64,000 nt of DNA from Malacoraja senta (lineage: Eukaryota), in contig CM075990.1 in NCBI GenBank assembly GCA_038087875.1, forward strand, positions 17,858,001-17,922,000. Reading direction: 5' to 3'. The notes beneath the pieces were generated by a model. That model worked only from the letters and a program-made list of their open reading frames with translations. It was not told where the DNA came from and did not search any database. Position 1 is the first letter of the stretch. Each line of letters starts with the position of its first letter. This document shows positions 51,858-63,972 of the stretch, in pieces. The translations under genes were made by a program, and so were the position numbers.

Positions 51858-52288
51858 TCTATATAATTAAAAGTCTCATCTTGACCACTTCCTGTTTGCA
51901 CTGCTTTGATTTTAGAAAAAATATGACCACATAAGGCTGTGATTTTTTGGCCATCTTACTCAGAGTCCTCCTCCGCTGCACAGGTCCCGAGGATTTTTCC
52001 CATCGATGAAAAATAAAAGACTTATTAGTGTTTAAAAAATCTTGAGATTCTCTCTCCTGTCAATCACCGCCATGAAGGCCACGCCCCTTCCGGTGGGAGA
52101 GACTATAAAACCCGGAAGTGTGAGCGTGACTCTGTCTGCAAGATGGCGAGAGAGAGGTCACGACTCTCTGTCTGAGCTGGGAAACTACAGAACACTGTGA
52201 GTATGCAATGTACTTGAATAAATGATTTGTTAGTCCTTAATGAAAATGAAATGAGTGGTTTGGCCTGCCCTGTGCTTGAAACTGCAAT
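51858..52288 (+). mobile_element. 5' part of a Helitron-like element running into the gap
   Basis: A|TCTATATAATTAAAAGTCTCATCTTGACCACTTCCTG; homologous to 42011-42580. Confidence 0.62.
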
Positions 52289-52488
52289 NNNNNNNNNNNN
52301 NNNNNNNNNNNNNNNNNNNNNNNNNNNNNNNNNNNNNNNNNNNNNNNNNNNNNNNNNNNNNNNNNNNNNNNNNNNNNNNNNNNNNNNNNNNNNNNNNNNN
52401 NNNNNNNNNNNNNNNNNNNNNNNNNNNNNNNNNNNNNNNNNNNNNNNNNNNNNNNNNNNNNNNNNNNNNNNNNNNNNNNNNNNNNNNN
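52289..52488. other. Assembly gap (200 N)
   Basis: Run of exactly 200 N. Confidence 0.99.
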
Positions 52489-53016
52489 CCTTTTAAACAT
52501 CACTATCACGTCTGCTTGCACTAATTCCACTGACAGCACATTCCAGGCACCTGTCACATAAAAAAGCCTGCCTCACAAGTCTCTTTTAAACCTTCCCCTC
52601 TCTCCTGAAAGCTATACCTTCTGGTATTTGACATCTCAACCCTTGGAAAGCGACTCATAATTTTATAGACTTCTATCAAGTCTTCTATCGGTGGTGAGTG
52701 CATGAAGCACACTGCGGAGGGTGGAGGTAGAGTTACATACGATAGCTTAGTTTCATATATTGTCACGTGTACTGGAGTACAATGAAAACCTTTTTGGTGC
52801 ATGCTATCCAGTCCACGGACAGACTATACATGTTTACAATCAAGCCAATCACAGTATAATTTAATCATTTATTAAATATAATTTAGCACAAATCCAGTAA
52901 AGTCCGATTAAATATAATCTGAGGGTTTACAAAGAGGTAGATGTTAGGTCAGGACCACTCTCTCATTGGTGATAGGACGGCTAATATTTAAGAGACTTTT
53001 GGAAAGCACATGGATA

Positions 53017-53336
53017 AGTCTCCATTTATTGAATTCTTGAAAAAGTGATTTGGTTTAACACAAAATTAGGGTTGAAACCTGAGTTTGGGATTGGATGAAT
53101 AGTTATATTCAACATTTCCTGGATCTATCTCCACATTTGGTAGTTTCCTTTTGTGTCTCCTTTTTCTCTCTATTAGATTATAGTTTCTCTCATCTTTTTC
53201 TCTTTATCTTTATTCTTAAAAACAAAATTGTTTTAAAAACTGAAGCTACATAAGAAATCTGTAATTAAATTGTCGCTTACTATTATTTGTATACATGCTT
53301 CTAATAAAAATATTTTAATAAATAAATAAATAAATA
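53017..53336 (+). mobile_element. L1 3' end remnant
   Basis: tctccatttattga..cttctaataaaa..(aata)n. Confidence 0.6.
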
Positions 53337-53399
53337 GAAAGATTTCCTTGCAGTTTCAAATATCAGATGTGATAATTTAAGTATATTCATTTTTGAATG

Positions 53400-53900
53400 A
53401 AAAATCCATGCAGATGTTGGAAATGCAAAACAGAAAGTGCAGCCAAATCAATGGGAAGAGAAGCTGAGTAGAATCTCTAGTCAATGACAGTAGAATAGAA
53501 CAGGAAACACAAGAAAACAATTACATTTTAAGTTGCAGAAGCAAGGGTGGTGTGAATAGGGGCAATATTGACAGGTGCTGATCAAAGGTGTCAATGTTAC
53601 AATCACTACAGCCTCAGACAGAAGATGATATGCTGTTGCCTGAGCTTAAATTGTGCACTGGTGGATAAAGGTAGGTGGCCAAGAAGAGGGGTTCTAGAGG
53701 GGGGGGGGGGGTAGGACAGAACATTAAAGGGATTGGCAATGGACACTCAAGATGGCTATTGCAGAATGAACTAAAATGTTTTGCACAGCATGGCCAAATC
53801 AGCAATCTGGTTTCTCCAGTGTAGATCAATCAATCAATCACAATCAGACTTTATTAGCCATGTATGTTTTGCAACATACGAGGAGATCCCATTGTGAGTA
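53400..53900 (-). mobile_element. Degenerate Penelope-like element, GIY-YIG region; upstream part at ~57586-57890
   Basis: YTGETR..AKHFSS here and HPTSS..PCNCRGYTSCP..TIQG..KQQFTC at 57590-57886; split by the CR1 insertion (tgagta at both ends). Confidence 0.6.
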
Positions 53901-56900
53901 AGGGGGAGGATCCAGTGGTCGTGGTCCATGTGGGGACCAATGACATAGGAAGGACGAGGAAGGAGGATCTGCTGAAGGAGTTTGAGCAGTTAGGGAATAA
54001 ATTAAAAAGCAGAACCTCGAGGGTACTGATCTCCGGATTGCTACCTGAGCCACGGGCCAAATCGGCGAGGGTACGTAAAATTAAAAAGCTGAATGCGTGG
54101 CTCAAAGACTGGTGTGGGAAAAATGGGTTTGGTTTCTTGGGCCACTGGCACCAGTACTGGGACAGGGGGGATCTGTTCTGTAAGGACGGACTTCACCTGA
54201 ACGGTGCTGGGACTGGGGTCCTGGCAAATCATATAACTAGGGCAGTAGAGAGGTCTTTAAACTAAGTAGCGGGGGGGAGGTATCAAGGGGGGTAATAACG
54301 GCAGGGGTAGAGGAAATAGAGCAGGGTATCAGTGGGGAAACGGAAAATCAAAATGTGACAGGAGGATCCAGAATGTGTGAAGATAAAGCTCTAGATGTAA
54401 AAGGGGCAAAAACAGAAAGGAAGGGTAGTAAAAATCATCTGAAAGTGCTGTATCTAAATGCACGGAGTATTCAAAATAAGATAAATGAATTAACGGTGCA
54501 ATTAAGTATATATAGTTATGATATCGTGGCCATTACGGAGACATGGCTGCAAGGGGATCAGGATTGGGAGTTAAATATAGAGGGGTACTCGACAATTAGA
54601 AAAGATAGACAGGAAAGAAAGGGAGGAGGGGTGGCCCTTTTAATAAGGGAGGGAATAACGGCAATAGAGAGGAAGGATATTGCGTTGAAAGATCAGGATA
54701 GTGAAACAGCTTGGGTACAGATAGAGAATAACAAGGGGAAAAAAACACTAGTGGGTGTAATTTATAGACCTCCAAATAGCTGTGACGCTGTTAGTCAGAA
54801 CATAAATCTGCAAATAGTTGACGCATGTAAAAAGGGAACTGCTGTAATCATGGGGGACTTCAATTTTCATATTAATTGGGCAAACCAAACTGGGCAGGGT
54901 AGACTAGAGGAAGAGTTTATAGAATGTATTAGAGACGGGTTCCTAGAACAGTATGTCACAGAACCGACAAGGGGGGAGGCAATCTTGGATCTGGTCCTGT
55001 GTAATGAAGCAGGATTAATTAAAAATGTCATAGTTAGGGACTCGTTGGGAACAAGTGACCACAATATGGTCGAATTTCATATTCAAATAGAAGGGGAGCA
55101 GGTTGAAACTCAGGCTAGGGTACTTAGTCTAAATAAGGGGGATTATGAAGGTATGAGGACTGAGCTGATCAAAGTTGACTGGGATAGCAGACTCAAGAAT
55201 AAGACGGTACATGAGCAGTGGTGTACGTTTAAGGATCTACTGTATAACCTTCAAGAAAAATTTATTCCTATGAAGAAAAAAAGGGGTAAGGGAAAGAACA
55301 GTCAGCCATGGCTCAGTAAAACTATAAAGGATAGTATTCGGCTGAAGGCAAGGGCATATAAGGTAGCCAGAGATAGTGGGAGGGTAGAGGATTGGGAAGC
55401 ATTTAAAGGTCAGCAAAAAATAACTAAGAGATTAATTAAGACGGGGAAAATAGACTATGAAAGGAATTTAGCGAACAACATAAAAACTAATAGTAAGAGT
55501 TTTTATAGCTATATAAAAAGAAAAAGGGTGGCTAAGGTGAACGTTGGTCCATTGGAGGGTGAGACTGGAGAGTTGTTGGTGGGGAACATGGAAATGGCAA
55601 AGGCATTAAACGAGTATTTTGTATCAGTCTTCACCATAGAAGACACAAAAAATATTCCAACGCTGGATAAACAGGGGGCGGTAGGAATGGAGGAGCTAAA
55701 TACTATTAAGATCACCAAGGTGGTATTAGGGAAATTAATGAGACTGAAGGAGGATAAATCCCCTGGGCCTGATGGATTACATCCAAGGGTCTTGAGGGAG
55801 ATAGCGGTGGGGATTGTGGATGCATTGGTGATAATTTTCCAAAACTCCCTGGAGGCAGGAACGGTCCCAGTGGATTGGAAAATGGCCAATGTAACACCTA
55901 TATTTAAAAAAGGAAGTAAACAGAAGGCGGGTAACTATAGACCGGTTAGTCTAACATCGGTGGTGGGTAAAATGTTAGAGACAATTATTAAAGAAACACT
56001 AACGGGGCACTTGGATAAACATGACTTCATCGGACAGAACCAGCATGGTTTTGTGAAGGGGAAGTCCTGTTTGACGAATCTGCTCGAATTCTTTGAGGAA
56101 GTAACAACCCGGGTGGATAAAGGGGAACCGGTGGATGTGGTATACTTGGACTTCCAAAAGGCTTTTGACAAGGTGCCACATAAGAGACTATTGCTAAAAA
56201 TAAAAAATTATGGGATTGGGGGTAATATATTAGCATGGGTAGAGGATTGGCTAACAAATAGGAAGCAGAGAGTGGGGATAAATGGTTCATACTCGGGATG
56301 GCAACCGGTAACTAGCGGGGTTCCGCAAGGGTCGGTGCTGGGACCCCAGTTGTTCACAATTTATATAAATGATTTGGAGGAGGGAACCAAGTGTAATATA
56401 TCAAAATTTGCGGACGATACAAAAATGGGAGGAAAAGTAGGGGATGAGGAGGATAGGAAGAGTCTGCAAAAGGATATAGATAAGCTAGGTGAGTGGGCAA
56501 CAACTTGGCAGATGAAATTTAATACTAATAAATGTGAAGTCATTCACTTTGGGAAAAAAAATGATAGGGCAAGTTATTTTCTAAATGAGGTGGAGCTGCG
56601 TTGTAATGCAACGCAAAGGCATCTAGGGGTAGTAGTACATGAATCACTAAAAGTTAGTATGCAGGTGCAGCAAGCAATCAGGAAGGCCAATGGAGTTTTG
56701 GCCTTTATTGCTAGGGGGATTGAGTATAAAAACACGGAGGTCTTGCTGCAGCTGTACACAGTATTAGTGAGACCACATTTGGAATACTGTGTACAGTTCT
56801 GGGGTCCATACTTAAGAAAGGATGTACTGGCCCTGGAGGCAGTGCAGCGAAGGTTTACAAGATTAATTCCTGCAATGAGGGGATTGACATATGAGGAAAG

Positions 56901-57580
56901 GTTAAGTAGGCTGGAACTCTACTCTTTGGAGTTTAGAAGAATGAGAGGCGATCTCATTGAAACATATAAGATCGTGAGGGGCCTTGATCGGGTGGATGCA
57001 CCGAGGATGTTCCCAATGATCGGGGAAACTAGAACTAGGGGACATAGTTGTAGAATAAGGGGGGGCTCTTTTAAAACTGAGATGAGGAAGAACTTCTTCA
57101 CCCAGAGGGTGGTTAATTTATGGAATTCACTGTCCCAGGGAGCAGTGGAAGCAGAAACATTAAATATATTTAAGTCTAAAATAGATGGTTTTTTAGCTGC
57201 CAAGGGGATAAGGGGCTACGGGGAGAAGGCAGGGATATGGACCTAGGTATGGTTAGTATAGTAAGACCTGAGTGATCTCCTGGACAAGTGTCGATCGCCT
57301 GGATTGGGGTCGGAGAGGAATTTCCCGGATTTTTTTCCCGAATTGGACCTGGGTTTTTATCCGGTTTTTTGCCTCCCCCAGGAGATCACGCGGTTCTTGG
57401 GGTGGAGAGGGGTGATAGCGGTATAAAGGGGAGGGTAGTGTCTTGTGTTCTGTGTCTTGTGTCTACTGTTTGTGGGTAAGGGTGTCTGTTTAGTGTTCAG
57501 CCATGAGCGAATGGCGGTGCGGGCTCGATGGGCCTGGTGGTCTACTCTCGCACCTACTTTCTATGTTTCTATGTTTCTAT
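53901..57580 (+). mobile_element. CR1 lineage C: partial esterase ORF1 (to 54265), open ORF2, long 3'UTR, (tttctatg)n tail
   Basis: HVGTNDIG, DGLHLN; APE and RT motifs intact. Confidence 0.95.
54256..57246 (+). CDS. CR1 ORF2p (APE endonuclease plus reverse transcriptase), uninterrupted frame
   Basis: NARS, ETW, GDFN, SDH, LDFQKAFDKV, GVPQGSVLGP, FADDTK; frame open from the slippery site. Confidence 0.88.
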   Translation, partial: FKLSSGGEVSRGVITAGVEEIEQGISGETENQNVTGGSRMCEDKALDVKGAKTERKGSKNHLKVLYLNARSIQNKINELTVQLSIYSYDIVAITETWLQGDQDWELNIEGYSTIRKDRQERKGGGVALLIREGITAIERKDIALKDQDSETAWVQIENNKGKKTLVGVIYRPPNSCDAVSQNINLQIVDACKKGTAVIMGDFNFHINWANQTGQGRLEEEFIECIRDGFLEQYVTEPTRGEAILDLVLCNEAGLIKNVIVRDSLGTSDHNMVEFHIQIEGEQVETQARVLSLNKGDYEGMRTELIKVDWDSRLKNKTVHEQWCTFKDLLYNLQEKFIPMKKKRGKGKNSQPWLSKTIKDSIRLKARAYKVARDSGRVEDWEAFKGQQKITKRLIKTGKIDYERNLANNIKTNSKSFYSYIKRKRVAKVNVGPLEGETGELLVGNMEMAKALNEYFVSVFTIEDTKNIPTLDKQGAVGMEELNTIKITKVVLGKLMRLKEDKSPGPDGLHPRVLREIAVGIVDALVIIFQNSLEAGTVPVDWKMANVTPIFKKGSKQKAGNYRPVSLTSVVGKMLETIIKETLTGHLDKHDFIGQNQHGFVKGKSCLTNLLEFFEEVTTRVDKGEPVDVVYLDFQKAFDKVPHKRLLLKIKNYGIGGNILAWVEDWLTNRKQRVGINGSYSGWQPVTSGVPQGSVLGPQLFTIYINDLEEGTKCNISKFADDTKMGGKVGDEEDRKSLQKDIDKLGEWATTWQMKFNTNKCEVIHFGKKNDRASYFLNEVELRCNATQRHLGVVVHESLKVSMQVQQAIRKANGVLAFIARGIEYKNTEVLLQLYTVLVRPHLEYCVQFWGPYLRKDVLALEAVQRRFTRLIPAMRGLTYEERLSRLELYSLEFRRMRGDLIETYKIVRGLDRVDAPRMFPMIGETRTRGHSCRIRGGSFKTEMRKNFFTQRVVNLWNSLSQGAVEAETLNIFKSKIDGFLAAKGIRGYGEKAGIWT

Positions 57581-58485
57581 GAGTACTGACAACAGTGCAC
57601 CAATGCAAGTGAATTGCTGCTTCACCCAAAGATTGGATCCCTGGATGGTTGGGAGAGAAGCAGTAATAGGGCAGCTGGTATATCCCCTGCAATTGCATGG
57701 AGAGTACCATGAGCTGAGTGGTTCATTGAAAAGTGTAACAGGAGTTCCAGTCAGAATGGTCAGAACAGTCAGAACATCATTGGAGGTGATGGAAACTATG
57801 GAGGCTGATATGTTGAATGTAGAAGATGTTGGGTGGATGGTGAGCGAGTAAGACACTGTATCCTTGTTCTGGCTTGGAAGAGGCAAAAGCAGAGAGACTG
57901 CCTTCGATCCCTATATATCCCAGTGCCTGTAGAGGAAAGTCAGTGAATATTTTTAAGGCAGAGATAGATAGATATTTGATTAGTACAGGTGTCAATTATT
58001 ATGGGGAGAAGACAGGAGAATGGGGTTAGGATGGATAGATAGATCAGTCATGATTGAATGGCGGAATAGACTTGATGGGCCGAATGGCTTAATTCTACTA
58101 TCCCTTATGACCCTATCAACCCACTCCTTGCTGTATTTACTGAAATCAATACATATTCAACAGGTAAATAGGAACCAAATCAAAACATTGCAATCAAAAC
58201 GAAACAAATCAGCATACATAAACGGCTGGTTTCTACCAGATAGTATCTGCATAGGCAGATCAACACTATTTTTATTATTAAAAATATCGCAGGTAAATAT
58301 TCCCCAAATAAGGATTTAACAATCCATTAAACAAATCAACCCATTGAGTTTAACTTGTACAGGCTAGAAATATCACGGTGTAACTGTAAATCTGCTCAAA
58401 ATGACATCAAACTAAGAAAACTGTAAAATGCATGCCAGATGATGTCAAATTCTATAATGCTCCCACAAAACATGGTTCAGTAAAC

Positions 58486-58685
58486 CTTTAGTGCATCCTG
58501 CAGTTGTGCAGCAATTGCTCTGGCTTGAGGACTGTCCCCTTCACCTCGAGCTGCCAGGTCTGCAAGCTGTCCAGCCAGGTGTTCGACCCGGTCACACTTT
58601 CCAGTCAGTTCCTGGCGATATGGTCCCATTAATGCGTTGGCTAGTCGACGGCCTTCAGCAACAAGTCCACGGATAGCAGCCTGGC
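58486..58685 (-). CDS. VCL: Vinculin internal coding exon ([67 protein letters not shown])
   Basis: Vinculin sequence; catttAG acceptor, GT donor; 200 bp, phase 1 to 0; joins the preceding exon in frame. Confidence 0.92.
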
Positions 58686-59389
58686 CTAAATGAGAAGGAA
58701 AAACCAATTATTTGAATTAATGCATACAATTACGATTTTGGAAGACATAATATAACATTGCGATGTTCAAAATGTAATTATCCAAATCAAAATTAAGAGC
58801 GCCCATTAATAGAGAAAAACCAAACAATATAAATATAAACAAATTAGTAGAAGGATTAGAGGCCAGATGGTCAAGGTTCTTCACCCAGAGAATGGGATAA
58901 GATCATTAATTTTCCAAAATTATTCATTTCAACTGCAACAATTTAGGGGAAAAGGTGAAGATAAAGGAAGATAAAGGAAAATCATTCCTGGCTGCTCTTG
59001 TTCAACTTTCCTTAACATAAATAAATACAATCAAATCAATTAGTACATCAACTAAATTGATGGCAAAATGTGAAGCAGGGAGAAAATAAATGGCTGAAAT
59101 GATAATCCAAGTATTATATTGAGACAAAAACAGTAAATGGCTGTAAATATAAAACATTGAAAGCAAAGAGATTTTGCCTCTCAATAATTGTTTCCTCACA
59201 ATCTCTGGGAAGGAAAAAAATGCAGATAATACAAGCACTTCAGCCATATTTTCATATGCACACTGCAGAATGGGAATGTTATTTGTTGTACAGATGTACA
59301 TACATCACACAAATTCAGATACTTTCATCAAAACATTGCTTCCAATGCAAGAGATGCAAGTTTTATGAAACCGCAAAATAACTTCCTGC

Positions 59390-60133
59390 CTCTTATACGG
59401 GTGTCAGGTTATGGGGAGAAGGCAGGAGATTGGGGTTAGGGGGGAAGATATAGATCAGCCATGATTGAATGGTGGAGTAGACTTAATGGGCCAAAAGGCC
59501 TAATTCTGCTCCTATCACTTAAGACATTATGACCCAATGCCTCAAATTCATTACTGGCTTCCTGATAGAAGACAGAGTTGTAATGGACGGCCGATTTTCA
59601 GTCTACCGGACTACGACCAGTGGAGTTCCGCAAGGATCTGTGCCGAGACCTCTGTTGTTTCATATATCTCAAACAACAATATATTATATGCACAGGAGCA
59701 CCTAAAGGCTGTGTGCAGTCCCCTGCTCTACTCACTCTATACCCATAACTGTGTAGCCAGTCACAGTTCCAACTCCATCGGTAAATTCGCCAAAGAAACC
59801 AACGGTGTTGGACAAAGTCAGAATATAGGAGGAAGATCGATCATCTGAACGATTCCACAACAACATCCTTGTTCAACCTTGGACCAGGTAGGGTAATGCA
59901 CAGTCTTTTACCCAGAGCAGAGGAATTAAGGCCCAGAGGATGCAGAAAGATTTTAGGAACCTGAGGGGCAACTTTTTCACTCAGAAGTTTGTGGGTATAT
60001 GGAACAAACTGCCAGCGGAGGTAGTTGAGGCAGGTACTATAACAACATTTAAAAGACATTGGTATATGGATAGGAAAGGCATAGAGAGATACGGGCCAAA
60101 TACAGGTGGGACTTGTGTAGATGGGGCATCTTG
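59390..60133 (+). mobile_element. Degenerate CR1/Rex fragments; CR1 tail resumes at 61175-61240
   Basis: CR1 tail motifs; NLRGNFFTQK..WNKLP; SPLLYSLYTH. Confidence 0.6.
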
Positions 60134-61174
60134 TAGGTATGTTACAAAACTTACCTTCAGTCGTGCTGTAATTCTGCCACTGGCCGTGTGCGCGATTTTG
60201 GCGCCTTTAAGGGGGGGCGGGGTTAAAACGCGGGTTTCTCCTCCCTTGTCCAAGTTAATATTGTGTTGGAGTACACGCGTTGGCTGATGAATCGTTCCTA
60301 GTGGCGATTTGTGAATTTTTTATTTTTATTAAATCGTCAATGTCAGCGCTACAATAATTTTAAAATCAGCTCCTGAAGCGTCAACGCCGATAACGGGGAC
60401 GGATTTCACGCATGGGACAGGTAAACGAAAGTGCTTTCTTTAAATGTATAAAAGTGCTTCTTAAGAAGCCTTTAATTCACATTTTTTCATGCGACACGGT
60501 GATTTTATTCCCCGAATTAACGGCAGTATTTTTCATGCCAATACGGGGTTAAATTCACCGCAAATCAACGTTCCAAAAGATCGCGTTCCAGTAATCCTCA
60601 CTCGCAAGATGAATTAAATGTCCATTAATTTACAGGTATTAAACATTCAATTCCTTCCATTTGGCCTGTAAATTCATGAAAATTAGATTTAAAAATTATG
60701 TTATATTGTGAATTATTGTGTGAATGTTATTTGGACACTTAGGCTATTTAAAAATGTTAATCTATTCTTAAGAAATTGATAGATGTTTAGATCTAGTAAT
60801 TGAATTTTGTAATTAGCTACAATTAGGTAACTAACTCATTATACGCTTTACTTTCATGTCTTCGAAGTAAGATTGTTTCATATTTGTTTCAGAATGCTTC
60901 AATCTATAATAACTGAACATTTCTTTCAGTTATCATAATTTTTAAGAAATTTATGGGCTTTTAACTGTCCTCGATCACAGCTTTTGTGTTAAGTCAATGG
61001 AAAAGCAATAGGGAACTAGATGCTAATTTCTGAGTATGATAATGGCCATAACTTTTTTAATACTGAAGATATGAAAGTGAATTAAGTGTCAAATTAAACT
61101 TCTTTTTATGCTTTATCTGATGGGATAAATTGCAGACTTTATTTTTTAAATCTCAAAATTTTGTAACATTGCTA
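60134..61174. mobile_element. Non-autonomous DNA transposon, 1041 bp, 7-bp TSD (copy 2)
   Basis: Same TIRs as 18543-19583; TSD catcttg at 60127-60133 and 61175-61181. Confidence 0.85.
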
Positions 61175-61314
61175 CATCTTGATCAGCATTGACAAGTTGG
61201 GCCAAAGGGCCTGTTTCCATGCTGTATGACTCTATGACGATATTTGACCTACCAAAGTGTAACATCTCACACTTGCCCAGATTAAACCCCATCTGCCACT
61301 TCTCCACTGTAACT

Positions 61315-61470
61315 TATTTAGTTCAGTTTAGAGATACAGTGTAGAAATAGATCCTTCGGCTCATTGCGTCTGCACCGACCAGAAATCCCCATACACTAAG
61401 CACTATCCAACACATCAGGGACAATTTACCAAAGCCAATTAACCTACAAACTTGTGTGTCTTTGGAGATC
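61315..61470 (-). mobile_element. V-SINE (HE1-like) 3' fragment with CR1-type tail
   Basis: rc ctccaaagac..aagtttgtaggttaattggc V-domain-like core; tail ending ctaaactgaac. Confidence 0.55.
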
Positions 61471-61639
61471 TATATCCCATTCTATCCTTTGGCAGCCTTC
61501 TTCACCATTTGCAACTCCAACAATTTTTTATGTTGTCCGCAGATTTACCAACTAACCATTTTACATTTTTAGCCGTTATTTATATGCATCACAAACAACA
61601 GAGGTACCTGCACAGATCCCTGCAGAACACTATTGGTCA

Positions 61640-62583
61640 AAGGAGGAGCCGCCATCTTGGAGGAACGGCTGCTAAACAGCAGCCGTCCGTCAAATTCACT
61701 CTTTCTTTAGTTTTTGTGTTTTTTATTTCTTTGTTTGTTTGGGGGGTTTTGACTTTTAATGTGGGGGGGTAAGGGGGAAACTATTTCTAGGTCCCTACCT
61801 GGTCGGTGAGGCAGCTTTTTCTCCAGGCTGCCTCGTCAACCCGTCCTCGTGGCCTACCAGCGGGCATGGAGCGCCGTTTCCTGACAGGGCCGCCCAGCAC
61901 CTTCAGCTTCGTTGGCGGCACAGCGCTGGAGCGCTATCGGAGAGCGTAGCGGGCGATGCCTTGCCTGGGTCGCCGCGCTGGATCGACGCGCTGGAGCTCC
62001 AGAATGCGCTGACCGCCGACATCAACACCTCCGGGCTGTGGGACTGCGGAGCGACCAGCGGTGCCGACTCCAACATCGGGAGCCTCGTGGCTCCAAATCG
62101 TGGCTCCAAATCGGCGCGGCCCTGTCGGCTTCAGGTGACATCGACTCCGCTGGGAGGACTCTCCCGACGGCCAGGAACATTGGGCCTCCGTAGAGGCAAC
62201 TGTGGTGGCCTCGATGGGCCTGACTCTGGGGAGAACTGGGTTGGGGACTGGACATTGTGCCTTCCCCCACAGTGGTGGTCATTGTGGGGGGATGATTTCT
62301 GTGTGCTGTGCCTGTTAGTCCGTGTACAAGATGGCGGTCGGAGGGGAGAGTGGACGCTGGCGCGAATTGGTCGCCGCTGCTCTCTCCTCAAATTGTGTTT
62401 CTTATTTTCTTTTGGTGCTCTTGAAATTGAATTCTGTCCTTGATTTGTGTACTGTCGTGTTTTTATATTTAATTTATTCCGATTATGTGTTTTGTATTTT
62501 TTTTGTTGTGATTCTATGCATTGTAAGGTGTCCTTGGGTTTTAGAAAGGCGCCAGTAAATAAAATGATTATTATTATTATTAT
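61640..62583 (+). mobile_element. Non-autonomous GC-rich retroelement with L2-type tail
   Basis: gccgccatcttg head, T-rich linker, ggggaaac, CpG body, gaaaggcg..taaataaaatg(att)n tail. Confidence 0.55.
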
Positions 62584-62659
62584 AAAGATCGCCAGTCAGA
62601 AAAGCATCATTCCACCACTACAATCTTGTGGTCAATAGGTAAACCAGATTTGAATCAAA

Positions 62660-63100
62660 ACTACCTAGTCACCCAGTGGATTTTATGCAACTTAATCTTA
62701 TGGATTAGCCTATCATGAGGGACATTGTAATATGCCTTACTCAAGTCCATGTAGGGAACATCCACTACTTTATCCTCATCAATCACCTTCATCTCCCCCT
62801 CAAAAATCTCAATCAAATTTGTCAGACATGACCTGCCACAGGCAAAGCCATGCTGATTGTTCCTACTTAGCCCATTCTCTTCCAAATGAAAGCAAGTCCG
62901 CTTGAGCTGTAAATAACCTCCCTACCACTGAAGTGAGGCTCACTAGCTTATAATTCCCTTATTCATCCATGTTTCCCTTCTTAAATAATGGTGTAACATT
63001 GGCTTCTCTCCTGATTTCCAGGACCTCATCTGTGGCTAGATAGCATATAAAGATTCAAGTCAAAGCCCCAGCAATCTCCTCTTTGCCTCTCTCAATAACC
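62660..63100 (-). mobile_element. Old CR1 RT fragment
   Basis: QHGFACGRSCLTNLIEIF..VDVPYMDLSKAY. Confidence 0.75.
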
Positions 63101-63781
63101 TGACGTGGGCAAGTGGCAGAGTCAGAGTGGTTGATGGGAATGCGGGGAAAATAAAAATAGGATTAATTACAAATAGATGCTTGATGGTCAGGTAGAAATA
63201 TAAATAAAATAATTCCTGCTCCTATTTAAGTGTGTTCTTGCGTATTCTCGTGCTTATTAGTAGGTGTACATTTGGTGGGTTAAAGTTCTTGCTGTGCTGT
63301 ATGACACATATAAATCCAGATAAGTAGTTCACATTTGATTACAGCAGTTACCATATTTTTATTTCCTTGAATTATGTACATTTAAAAAATTCTGTTCAGG
63401 AAACCCTACGTGTGAGGGGAGGTTGCGTTCCTAGAAAATGGCAAAAACTGTCATGATTTTCCCTAATGCAAAGCTGTCAACTGCACATGCGTCAAGAAAT
63501 GAGAATTGAAAACATTTTGTTTAGATATATTGATTTTTTATCACAAATTCCACGAGATTGTATTTTATTCATTACCTCTCATTTTTGAACAGTAATGTAT
63601 AATCTCTAAGGCAAACATCTTTAACCTTAACCCAGCTGTTACTTGGGATCGCCTGTATGTTGAAAATACGAGATTAAGAGATAAATATTTTTTCTGCTAT
63701 TAAATAATCTGCCACATAACATGAAGTAAGATATCTTAGTACAGCCGCCTAAAAATGAGATATCACCATCTGAATACTCAC

Positions 63782-63972
63782 CCACGCCACGGTCATCCAT
63801 CGTAGGATTATCAATCCAGCGCTGGGCTTGCTCAATTTTCCCCTCCAAATTCACTGCTGCTTTTACAGGCCGACTATTGGCCACTGCACGATTTGTTTTC
63901 GTCTGCAGGTTCTGCAATGTGGTTGCAATTTGCTTGGACAAAGCACGGGCTTCAGGGGTGTCACCTTTTCCT
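63782..63972 (-). CDS. VCL: Vinculin internal coding exon ([63 protein letters not shown])
   Basis: Recognisable vinculin head-domain sequence; ttcccAG acceptor, GTGAGT donor; 191 bp, ends phase 1. Confidence 0.93.

Noticed and set aside
61903..62443. Overlapping ORFs in GC-rich repeats (also 46731-47121, 36989-37712)
   Set aside because: Stop-poor GC-rich repeat sequence open in many frames with no protein motifs.
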